A stretch of DNA of 14,992 nucleotides from Azolla caroliniana (GCA_043228905.1 JBHGNT010000823.1:1-14992), one strand, 5' to 3'; shown: positions 1-9,521, counted from the first letter of the stretch. Numbers and translations: made by a program. Notes: generated from the letters alone by a model not told the origin.

Positions 1-470
1 GACGACTCCTTTCGATTTTCTTGCTTTGAGTTTGTTGAGATTGATGTGGCCGATTCACTTGTGCCATAGCTCTATGTCGGAGTCGACTTTCGTGTTTTTC
101 ACGAACATGGTGGATTTCATCTCGCGTGAATCAAGAATAAACATCCGACCCTCTCTTCGTCCGCGTGCGATGAGTCAGCCCTCTTTTTCGATGAAGCAAC
201 CGCCTTGATTAAATCGAACTTGCATCCCTTGCTCTACAATTTGGCCGACGGAGACCAAATTCTTCGTAATGGTCGGTACATGCAAGACATTTTTAATGTC
301 GTTTTGATTACCTTCTTTTCCGAACGGAACATTGCCAATGTGCCGAATTGGGTGCGTAGTGTTGTCTCTGGTTTCGACATAGCCGGGTCGGTCCGGCTCT
401 CGAAGTTCTCAGAACCATTCTTGATGCGATATCATATCGTTTCAGGCACCGGAATCGACGAACCATACGT
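1..470 (-). pseudogene. pol: Copia aspartic protease and GAG-pre-integrase remnant
   Basis: VWFVDSGA*NDM (DSG at 448-456), VLHVPTITKNLVSVGQ and IELWHK*IGHINL (LWHK*IGH at 46-69), with four in-frame TGA codons. Confidence 0.9.
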
Positions 471-537
471 CTTCCGGACCGGAGGCAGTACTTGAGGTAG
501 CGGCCGACATAGAGTTTGCTCTATGTTTCATCATGAA

Positions 538-675
538 CATTCCGCCACGGTCGGAGTTGTGCGCATACATTCCGCCACGATCTTCGTAGTCGGAGTTGTG
601 CCCGTACATCTCGCCACGGTCGGAGTTGTGTGTATACATTCCGCCACGATCTTCGTAGTCGGAGTTGTGTGCGTA
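538..675 (-). repeat. In-frame coding minisatellite, 39-30-39-30 bp (2 x 69 bp)
   Basis: Encodes YAHNSDYEDRGGM / YTHNSDRGEM / YGHNSDYEDRGGM / YAHNSDRGGM. Confidence 0.92.
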
Positions 676-723
676 ATTCGTGAGTTGTCGGCTTCTGGAT
701 GCCAATTCACGCATCTTCTTTCG

Positions 724-765
724 GCACTCTTCTTCGTGGTGGCCGAGCTTTCCGCAATATCCGCA
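724..765 (-). other. CX2CX4HX4C nucleocapsid zinc knuckle
   Basis: Manual translation past the stop, in the gag frame, gives CGYCGKLGHHEEEC. Confidence 0.92.
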
Positions 766-777
766 TTCGGTTGCGTT

Positions 778-1488
778 TTAACGGCTCGGGCCGGAGTGGA
801 ATCTCCCCCTTCTTGCGAAGTTTCCTCGTTGGCCTCCGTTTTGCGGCCGAAATTGGGAGTTGTTGTCGTAGGTCGGACCTTGTCCGCCTTGTCCTTGGCC
901 GAATCGTCCTCTCGCTCGTCCGCATCCTCTTCCTCCATTAGAGTGCGTGTAGAGCATGTGGCATTCCGACTCATTGCTCCTTGTATGCACGTGGTTTTCT
1001 TCGACCAATAGCATTGATTGGAACTCGAACAAGGAGGGAGATTTCTCCCATGCTAGAACAACGGTTCGCATCACGCTGAATCGTGGTGCGAGGCCGCCGA
1101 GCCATATTTGCACCATCTCATCATCATCTATACTTACGCTTATTGAGCCGAGCGAGTCGCAAAGCTCCTTGATCTTCAAGGTGTATGACGTGATGGACAT
1201 GTCCCTTTGTTGAATGTTGTTCAACTCTTGGCGGAGTTGAAGCTTCCTCGCGGTCGTGTTGGCGGCGAAAATCTTTCGTAGATTTTCCCACGCTTCCTTC
1301 GGCGTCTTGGCTTCTCGAATGTAACCGAGCATGTGGTCATGAACACATGTCGCCAAACAATACATCACGCGGCTTGCGGCTTGCTCCCATGTCACGTATC
1401 CAGGAACCGCTTCGGCAGGTCGGTCTTCATGCGCTCCTTTGATGTAGCTCCAATAGCCTTGTCCGACAAGGTATTGGTGCATCAACAC
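778..1488 (-). pseudogene. gag: Copia gag (UBN2/Retrotran_gag_2-like) open segment, N-terminally truncated
   Basis: 236-aa ORF with the copia gag helical region and an RG-rich linker. The TAA at 778-780 is premature because the zinc knuckle follows in frame. Confidence 0.9.
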
Positions 1489-1836
1489 TTAATTTCTCTA
1501 AATATGAATGTGTTCCCAAATACATTATATGTCATCTTTCTCGCCTCTAGACGATATGTAGAATGTTCATTCCATCTATGATATGAAGGAACTTCACGGC
1601 CAAGGTAATGAAAATGGAGAGACCTATAAAAGCCTATAGTTAGGCTTGTGTAAGGGGAGAGAAGTGATGTAAGAAAAAAAAAACTATGAGACGACCAATA
1701 TTTCATTTCAAGTAATAAAGGTGAAAGTGAGCACTAGATCTAGATGTTTAACACCTTTTCCCATGAATGTTGCAATGGAGACCAAACATTGCGATTTTGA
1801 AAGGACTTTATGCAAACAAAGCATAGTTGAAATTGC

Positions 1837-1920
1837 AACCAACTGTCGGATTGTAACCAATGACCTAAGGACAGAAATCAACAACACAATCCTCCGCTCT
1901 ACCAACTAAGCTAAGCTGAA
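1837..1920 (-). pseudogene. Degenerate tRNA-Tyr-derived copy, long type
   Basis: Retains TAGCTTAGTTGGTAGAGCGGAGGA and TCCTTAGGTC. The anticodon position reads GTG, the B box is GGTTACAATCC and there is no acceptor stem. Confidence 0.88.
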
Positions 1921-2330
1921 AGTTGTGTGAAAGACTTCGTATTCATCCAATATAAAAGCAATGATGGATGGATGTTCCTAGCGACAACGCAACATGAATA
2001 ACATGTTTCCATTGATAGCTTAAATATAATACTTGATTTCAAGCTTGCAATGTTGCAAACCTATCAAATGGTTTAGAGGAAAATCAAATTTTTGATTTAA
2101 TAAAGGGAGGATACTCAGATAAACGGGAAGTGACAAAGAACGGAGGTGTTGTGCAAAGATAAATCGATAGATTCTATTAGGTGTGACATTTAAGACGAAA
2201 TTAATATTTCATTCTACATAATAAAGGTAAAAATGACCATTACATCTAAATGTAAACTACCTTTACCGATGAATGTTGCAATGCAGAGTGCACATTGCCA
2301 TTGTAAAAGGAATTTATGCAAGGAAATCAT

Positions 2331-2334
2331 AAAA
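2331..2334 (-). terminator. Candidate Pol III terminator T4, about 26 nt downstream of tRNA copy 1; repeated at each full-length copy
   Basis: Minus strand reads CAGCTTTTATG. The homologous site beside the pseudo copies lacks the T run. Confidence 0.55.
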
Positions 2335-2359
2335 GCTGAAATCGCAAGCAACTTCGCGT

Positions 2360-2443
2360 TCCGACCTGTCGGATTTGAACCAACGACCTAAGGATGAAAT
2401 TGAACACTACAATCCTCCGCTCTACCAACTGAGCTAAGATCGG
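2360..2443 (-). tRNA. tRNA-Tyr: tRNA-Tyr(GTA) copy 1, 11-nt intron; variant
   Basis: Cloverleaf intact with T5.G68 wobble. It has C32>T and intron TGTTCAATTTC, so it lacks the anticodon-intron pair. Confidence 0.75.
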
Positions 2444-2471
2444 AGGTGTGGAAAAGCTTCCATATTTCTCA

Positions 2472-2477
2472 ATTATA
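2472..2477 (-). promoter_or_regulatory. Upstream TATA-like element (TATAAT) at -34..-29 of tRNA copy 1; present or slightly varied at the other copies
   Basis: Plus-strand attata lies 29-34 bp beyond the tRNA 5' end. Plant Pol III tRNA genes typically have a TATA-like motif near -30. Confidence 0.7.
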
Positions 2478-2659
2478 GACGCAAAAATGGACACAACATC
2501 TATACCAGGTTTTGATTAATGACTAACATGTAATGTTGAATGTCAAGCTTCCAACATTGCAGATATATTATATTAGTGACCATTATGAGATGCTGGATTT
2601 TATATAGGGAAGATGTTTAGATGAACAAGGGGTTACAACGAACGGAGATACTACTTAAA

Positions 2660-2674
2660 GATAGATAGATAGAT
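2660..2674 (+). repeat. (GATA)3GAT microsatellite, once per unit; (GATA)4GAT at 5439-5457
   Basis: Read directly. The extra GATA explains the 768 versus 764 bp spacing. Confidence 0.85.
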
Positions 2675-2842
2675 TGTATTATATTTGACCTCTAAGACGA
2701 CAAATATTTCATTTCAAGTAATGAGGGTGAAAGGGAGCACTAGATCTACATGTTCAACACCTTTTCCCATGAATGTTGCAATGGAGACCACACATTGCGA
2801 TTGTGAAAGGAATTTATGCAAAGAAAGCATAGTTGAAATTGC

Positions 2843-2888
2843 AACCAGCTGTCGGATTATAACCAACGACCTAAGGATGGCAATCAAC
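2843..2888 (-). pseudogene. Truncated pseudo-tRNA 3' half of the short unit; also at 5626-5671, 7391-7436, 9156-9201, 11476-11521 and 14275-14320
   Basis: Only the T-arm, variable region and part of the intron remain. The sequence jumps from ...atcaac to gggaag... of the downstream spacer. Confidence 0.85.
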
Positions 2889-3123
2889 GGGAAGCGACAA
2901 AGAACGGAGGTGTTGTGCAAAGATAAATTGATAGATTCTATTAGGTGTGACATTTAAGACGGAATTTATATTTCATTCTACATAATAAAGGTAAAAATGA
3001 CCATTACATCTACATGTAAAACACCTTTACCGAAGCATGTTGCAATACAAAGTGCACATTGCCATTGGAAAAGGAATTTATGCAAGGAAATCATAAAAGC
3101 TGAAATCGCAAGCAACTTCGAGT

Positions 3124-3207
3124 TCCGATCTGTCGGATTTGAACCAACGACCTAAGGATGACAATAAACACTACAGTCCTCCGCTCTACCAACTGAGCTA
3201 AGATCGG
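3124..3207 (-). tRNA. tRNA-Tyr: tRNA-Tyr(GTA) copy 2, 11-nt intron
   Basis: CCGATCTTAGCTCAGTTGGTAGAGCGGAGGACTGTAG[TGTTTATTGTC]ATCCTTAGGTCGTTGGTTCAAATCCGACAGATCGGA; all stems pair, T5-A68. Confidence 0.9.
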
Positions 3208-3601
3208 AGGTGTGGAAAAGCTTCCATATTTCTCAATTATAGACGCAAAAGTGGACATCTATACCAAGTTTTGATTAATGACTAACATGTAATGCTGAAT
3301 GTCAAGCTTCCAACATTGCAGATATATTATATTAGTGAGCATTGTCAGATGCTGGATTTTATATAGGGATGATGTTTAGACGAACAAGGGGTTACAACGA
3401 ACGGAGGTATTGCTAAAAGATAGATGGATAGATTGTATTATATTTGACCTCTGAGACGAACAATATTTCATTTCACGTAATAAGGGTGAAAATGAGAACT
3501 AGATCTTGATGTTCAACACCTTTTCCCATGAATGTTGCAATGGAGACCAAACATTGCGATTGTGAAAGGAATTTATACAAACAAAGCATAGTTGAAATTG
3601 C

Positions 3602-3699
3602 AACCAACTGTCGGATTCGATATGTCGGATTGTAACCAACAACCTAAGGATGGAAATCAACAACACAATCCTCCGCTCTAACAACTAAGCTAAGCTGAA
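3602..3699 (-). pseudogene. Degenerate tRNA-Tyr-derived copy, long type, +14 bp variant
   Basis: As 1837-1920, with an extra gtcggattcgatat. Confidence 0.85.
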
Positions 3700-4138
3700 A
3701 GTTGTGTGAAAGACTTCGTATTCATCCAATATAGAAGCAATGATGGATGGATGTTCCTAGCGACAACGCAACATGAATAACCTGTTTCCATTGATAGCTT
3801 ACATATAATAATTGATTTCAAGCTTGCAATATTGCAAACCTGTTCAATGGTTTATAGCAAAGTAAAATTTTCGATTTAATAAAGGGACAATACTCAGATC
3901 AACGGGAAGTGACAAATAACGCAGGTGTTGTGCAAAGATAAATCGATAGATTCTATTAGGTGTGACATTTAAGACGGAATTTATATTTCATTCTACATAA
4001 TAAAGGTAAAAATGACCATTACATCTACATGTAAAACACCTTTACCGATGAATGTTGCAATGCAGAGTGCACATTGCTATTGGAAAAGGAATTTATGCAA
4101 AGAAATCATAAAAGATGAAATCACAAGCAACTTCGAGT

Positions 4139-4222
4139 TCCGACCTGTCGGATTTGAACCAACGACCTAAGGATTACAATGAACACTACAGTCCTCCGCT
4201 CTACCAACTGAGCTAAGATCGG
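4139..4222 (-). tRNA. tRNA-Tyr: tRNA-Tyr(GTA) copy 3, 11-nt intron
   Basis: Intact cloverleaf and A/B boxes, T5.G68, intron TGTTCATTGTA. Confidence 0.88.
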
Positions 4223-4615
4223 AGGTGTGGAAAAGCTTCATATTTCTCAATTATAGACGCAAAAATAGACATCTATACCAGGTTTTGATTAATGACTAAC
4301 ATGTAATGCTGAATGTCAAGCTTCCAACATTGCAGATATATTATATTAGTGAGCATTGTCAGATGCTGGATTTTATATAGGGATGATGTTTAGAGGAAGA
4401 AGGGGTTACAACGAACGGAGGTATTGCTTAAAGATAGATAGATAGATTGTATTATATTTGACCTCTGAGACGACCAATATTTCATTTCAAGTAATAAAGG
4501 TGAAAGTGAGCACTCGATCTAGATGTTTAACACCATTTCCCACGAATGTTGCAATGGAAACCACACATTGCGATTGTGAAAGGAATTTATGCAAAGAAAG
4601 CATAGTTGAAATTGC

Positions 4616-4699
4616 AACCAAGTGTCGGATTGTAACCAACGACCTAAGGATGGAAATCAACAACACAATCCTCCGCTCTACTAACTAAGCTAAGCTGAA
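4616..4699 (-). pseudogene. Degenerate tRNA-Tyr-derived copy, long type
   Basis: Paralogue of 1837-1920. Confidence 0.85.
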
Positions 4700-5138
4700 A
4701 GTTGTGTGGAAGACTTCGTATTCATCCAATATAAAAGCAATGATGGATGGATGTTTCTAGCAACAATGCAACATGAATAACATGTTTCCATTGATAGCTT
4801 ACATATAATACTTGATTTCAAGCTTGCAATGTTGCAAACCTATCAAATGGTTTAGAGGAAAATCAAATTTTTGATTTAATAAAGGGAGGATACTCAGATA
4901 AACGGGAAGTTACAAAGAACGGAGGTGTTGTGCAAAGATAAATCGATAGATTCTATTAGGTGTGACATTTAAGACGAAATTTATATTTCATTCTACATAA
5001 TAAAGGTAAAAATGACCATTACATCTAAATGTAAAATACCTTTACCGATGAATGTTGCAATGCAGAGTGCACATTGCCATTGTAAAACGAATTTATGCAA
5101 GGAAATCATAAAAGCTAAAATCCCAAGCAACTTCGAGT

Positions 5139-5222
5139 TCCGACCTGTCAGATTTGAACCAACGACCTAAGGATGAAATTGAACACTACAGTCCTCCGCT
5201 CTACCAACTGAGCTAAGATCGA
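5139..5222 (-). tRNA. tRNA-Tyr: tRNA-Tyr(GTA) copy 4; probably impaired
   Basis: C1>T alters the C1-G72 Tyr identity pair. Also C62>T and intron TGTTCAATTTC. Confidence 0.6.
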
Positions 5223-5906
5223 AGGTGTGGAAAAGCTTCCATATTTCTCAATTATCAACGCAAAAATGGACACGACATCTATACCAGGTTTTGATTAATG
5301 ACTAACATGTAATGCTGAATGTCAAGCTTCCAATATTGCAGATATATTATATTAGTGACCATTGTGAGATGCTGGATTTTATATAGGGAAGATGTTTAGA
5401 TGAACAAGGGGTTACAACGAACGGAGATACTAATTAAAGATAGATAGATAGATAGATTGTATTATATTTGACCTCTAAGACGACAAATATTTCATTTCAA
5501 GTAATGAGGGTGAAAGGGAGCACTAGATCTACATGTTCAAAACCTTTTCCCATGAATGTTGCAATGGAGACCACACATTGCGATTGTGAAAGGAATTTAT
5601 GCAAAGAAAGCATAGTTGAAATTGCAACCAACTGTCGGATTATAACCAATGACCTAAGGATGGCAATCAACGGGAAGTGACAAAGAACGGAGGTGTTGTG
5701 CAAAGATAAATTGATAGATTCTATTAGGTGTGACATTTAAGACGGAATTTATATTTCATTCTACATAATAAAGGTAAAAATGAGCATTACATCTACATGT
5801 AAAACACCTTTACCGAAGCATGTTGCAATACAAAGTGCACATTGCCATTGGAAAAGGAATTTATGCAAGGAAATCATAAAAGCTGAAATCGCAAGCAACT
5901 TCGAGT

Positions 5907-5990
5907 TCCGATCTGTCGGATTTGAACCAACGACCTAAGGATGACAATAAACACTACAGTCCTCCGCTCTACCAACTGAGCTAAGATCGG
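5907..5990 (-). tRNA. tRNA-Tyr: tRNA-Tyr(GTA) copy 5, 11-nt intron
   Basis: Same sequence as copy 2 (T5-A68). Confidence 0.9.
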
Positions 5991-6384
5991 AGGTGTGGAA
6001 AAGCTTCCATATTTCTCAATTATAGACGCAAAAGTGGACATCTATACCAGGTTTTGATTAATGACTAACATGTAATGCTGAATGTCAAGCTTCCAACATT
6101 GCAGATATATTATATTAGTGAGCATTGTGAGATGCTGGATTTTATATAGGGATGATGTTTAGACGAACAAGGGGTTACAACGAACGGAGGTATTGCTTAA
6201 AGATAGATAGATAGATTGTATTATATTTGACCTCTGAGACGAACAATATTTCATTTCACGTAATAAGGGTGAAAGTGAGAACTAGATCTTGATGTTCAAC
6301 ACCTTTTCCCATGAATGTTGCAATGGAGACCAAACATTGCGATTGTGAAAGGAATTTATGCAAACAAAGCATAGTTGAAATTGC

Positions 6385-6468
6385 AACCAACTGTCGGATT
6401 GTAACCAACGACCTAAGGATGGAAATAAACAACACAATCCTCCGCTCTACCAACTAAGCTAAGCTGAA
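6385..6468 (-). pseudogene. Degenerate tRNA-Tyr-derived copy, long type
   Basis: Paralogue of 1837-1920. Confidence 0.85.
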
Positions 6469-6907
6469 AGTTGTGTGAAAGACTTCGTATTCATCCAATA
6501 TAGAAGCAATAATGGATGGATGTTCCTAGCAAAAACGCAACATGAATAACATGTTTCGATTGATAGCGTACATATAATACTTGATTTCAAGCTTGCAATG
6601 TTGCAAACCTATCAAATGGTTAAGAGGAAAATCAAATTTTTGATTTAATAAAGGGAGGATACTCAGGTAAACGGGAAGTTACAAAGAACGGAGGTGTTGT
6701 GCAAAGATAAATCGATAGATTCTATTAGGTGTGACATTTAAGACGAAATTTATATTTCATTCTACATAATAAAGGTAAAAATGACCATTACATCTAAATG
6801 TAAAATACCTATATCGATGAATGTTGCAATGCAGAGTGGACAATGCCATTGTAAAAGGAATTTATGCAAGGAAATCATAAAAGCTAAAATCCCAAGCAAC
6901 TTCGAGT

Positions 6908-6991
6908 TCCGACCTGTCGGATTTGAACCAACGACCTAAGGATGACAATGAACACTACAGTCCTCCGCTCTACCAACTGAGCTAAGATCGG
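6908..6991 (-). tRNA. tRNA-Tyr: tRNA-Tyr(GTA) copy 6, 11-nt intron
   Basis: Intact, T5.G68, intron TGTTCATTGTC. Confidence 0.9.
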
Positions 6992-7671
6992 AGGTGTGGA
7001 AAAGCTTCCATATTTCTCAATTATAGACGCAAAAATGGACACAACATCTATACCAGGTTTTGATTAATGACTAACATGTAATGCTGAATGTCAAGCTTCC
7101 AACATTGCAGATATATTATATTAGTGACCATTGTGAGATGCTGGATTTTATATAGGGAAGATGTTTAGACGAACAAGGAGTTACAACGAACGGAGATACT
7201 ACTTAAAGATAGATAGATAGATTGTATTATATTTGACCTCGAAGACGACAAATATTTCATTTCAAGTAATCAGGGTGAAAGGGAGCACTAGATCTAGATG
7301 TTCCACACCTTTTCCCATGAATGTTGCAATGGAGACCACACATTGCGATTCTGAAAGGAATTTATGCAAAGAAAGCATAGTTGAAATTGCAACCAACTGT
7401 CGGATTGTAACCAACGACCTAAGGATGGCAATCAATGGGAAGGGACAAAGAACGGAGGTGTTGTGCAAAGATAAATCGATAGATTCTATTAGGTGTGACA
7501 TTTAAGACGGAATTTATATTTCATTCTACATAATAAAGGTAAAAATGACCATTACATCAAGATGTAAAACAACTTTACCGAAGAATGTTGCAATACAAAG
7601 TGCACATTGCCATTGGAAAAGGAATTTATGCAAGGAAATCATAAAAGCTGGAATCGCAAGCAACTTCGAGT

Positions 7672-7755
7672 TCCGATCTGTCGGATTTGAACCAACGTCC
7701 TAAGGATGACAATAAACACTACAATCCTCCGCTCTACCAACTGAGCTAAGATCGG
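7672..7755 (-). tRNA. tRNA-Tyr: tRNA-Tyr(GTA) copy 7; minor variant
   Basis: T5-A68, C32>T and T47>A; stems intact. Confidence 0.78.
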
Positions 7756-8149
7756 AGGTGTGGAAAAGCTTCAATATTTCTCAATTATAGACGCAAAAAT
7801 GGACATCTATACCAGGTTTTGATTAATGACTAACATGTAATGCTGAATGTCAAGCTTCCAACATTGCAGATATATTATATTAGTGAGCATTGTCAGATGC
7901 TGGATTTTATATAGGGATGATGTTTAGACGAACAAGGGGTTAAAACGAACGGAGGTATTGCTTAAAGATAGATAGATAGATTGTATTATATTTGACCTTT
8001 GAGACGACCAATATTTCATTTCAAGTAATAAAGGTGAAAGTGAGCACTAGATCTAGATTTTTAACACCTTTTCCCATTAATGTTGCAATGGAGACCACAC
8101 ATTGCGATTGTGAAAGGAATTTATGCAAAGAAAGCATAGTTGAAATTGC

Positions 8150-8233
8150 AACCAACTGTCGGATTGTAACCAACGACCTAAGGATGGAAATCAACAACAC
8201 AATCCTCCGCTCTACCAACTAAGCTAAGCTGAA
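8150..8233 (-). pseudogene. Degenerate tRNA-Tyr-derived copy, long type
   Basis: Paralogue of 1837-1920. Confidence 0.85.
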
Positions 8234-8672
8234 AGTTGTGTGGAAGACTTCGTATTCATCCAATATAGAAGCAATGATGGATGGATGTTCCTAGCAACAA
8301 TGCAACATGAATAACATGTTTCCATTGATAGCTTACATATAATACTTGATTTCAAGCTTGCAATGTTGCAAACCTATCAAATGGTTAAGAGGAAAATCAA
8401 ATTTTTGATTTAATAAAGGGAGGATACTCAGATAAACGGGAAGTTACAAAGAACGGAGGTGTTGTGCAAAGATAAATCGATAGATTCTATTAGGTGTGAC
8501 ATTTAAGACGAAATTTATATTTCATTCTACATAATAAAGGTAAAAATGACCATTACATCTTAATGTAAAATACCTATATCGATGAATGTTGCAATGCAGA
8601 GTGCACAATGCCATTGTAAAAGGAATTTATGCAAGGAAATCATAAAAGCTAAAATCCCAAGCAACTTCGAGT

Positions 8673-8756
8673 TTCGACCTATCGGATTTGAACCAACGAC
8701 CTAAGAATGACAATGAACACTACAGTCCTGCGCTCTACCAACTGAGCTAAGATCGG
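8673..8756 (-). pseudogene. tRNA-Tyr: tRNA-Tyr copy 8; likely pseudogene
   Basis: G72>A gives a C1.A72 mismatch. Also C65>T, C40>T and G27>C. Confidence 0.8.
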
Positions 8757-9437
8757 AAGTGTGGAAAAGCTTCCATATTTCTCAATTATAGACGCAAAAA
8801 TGGACACAACATCTATACCAGGTTTTGATTAATGACTAACATGTAATGCTGAATGTCAAGCTTCCAACATTGCAGATATATTATATTAGTGAGCATTGTC
8901 AAATACTGGATTTTATATAGGGATGATGTTTAGACGAACAAGGGGTTACAACGAACAGAGATACTACTTAAAGATAGATAGATAGATTGTATTATATTTG
9001 ACCTCTAAGACGACAAATATTTCATTTCAAGTAATAAGGGTGAAAGTGAGCACTAGATCTAGATGTTCAACACCTTTTCCCATGAATGTTGCAATGGAGA
9101 CCACACATTGCGATTGTGAAAGGAATTTATGCAAAGAAAGCATAGTTGAAATTGCAACCAACTGTCGGATTGTAACCAACGACCTAAGGATGGCAATCAA
9201 AGGGGAAGTGACAAAGAACAGAAGTGTTGTGCAAAGATAAATCGATAGATTCTATTAGGTGTGACATTTAAGACGGAATTTATATTTCATTCTACATAAT
9301 AAAGGTAGAAATGACCATTACATCTACATGTAAAACACCTTTACCGAAGAATGTTGCAATGCGAAGTGCACATTGCCATTGGAAAAGGAATTTATGCAAG
9401 GGAATCATAAAAGCTGAAATCGCAAGCAACTTTGAGT

Positions 9438-9521
9438 TCCGACCTGTCGGATTTGAACCAACGACCTAAGGATGACAATGAACACTACAGTCCTCCGCTC
9501 TACCAACTGAGCTAAGGTCGG
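9438..9521 (-). tRNA. tRNA-Tyr: tRNA-Tyr(GTA) copy 9, canonical acceptor stem
   Basis: CCGACCTTAGCTCAGTTGGTAGAGCGGAGGACTGTAG[TGTTCATTGTC]ATCCTTAGGTCGTTGGTTCAAATCCGACAGGTCGGA; matches plant cytosolic tRNA-Tyr as I recall it. Confidence 0.95.

Larger units (their letters stand above)
1..1488 (-). mobile_element. Degenerate Ty1/copia LTR retrotransposon gag-pol fragment (gag, zinc knuckle, protease, GAG-pre-integrase); runs off the left edge
   Basis: One minus-strand frame gives copia gag (AKTPKEAWENLRKIF...ARKLQLRQELNNIQQRDMSITSYTLKIKELCDSL), CGYCGKLGHHEEEC, WFVDSGA, NVLHVPTITKNLVSVGQ and LWHK*IGH. Protease followed directly by pre-integrase is the copia domain order. Stops at 778, 442, 409, 175 and 55. 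Confidence 0.95.

Noticed and set aside
55-780. Copia stops as programmed readthrough sites served by the neighbouring tRNA-Tyr array
   Set aside because: Four of the five stops are TGA, which tRNA-Tyr is not known to suppress efficiently. They fall in conserved motifs, and the element is 5'-truncated.
26-1581. Plus-strand and alternate-frame ORFs over the retroelement (e.g. 523-1011, 531-974, 205-495)
   Set aside because: These are shadow ORFs of the copia gag-pol frame and its minisatellite.
1837-1920. Functional tRNA-His(GTG)
   Set aside because: The body is Tyr-derived, and the acceptor stem and T-loop/B box are destroyed.
1837-2443. tRNA-derived SINE cluster
   Set aside because: The genes keep their introns and both flanks, with no per-unit poly(A) tail or target-site duplication. 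This points to DNA-level tandem amplification.
2360-2443. Organellar or bacterial trnY
   Set aside because: The short variable arm, C1-G72 pair, intron after position 37 and absence of an encoded CCA all indicate a eukaryotic nuclear tRNA-Tyr.
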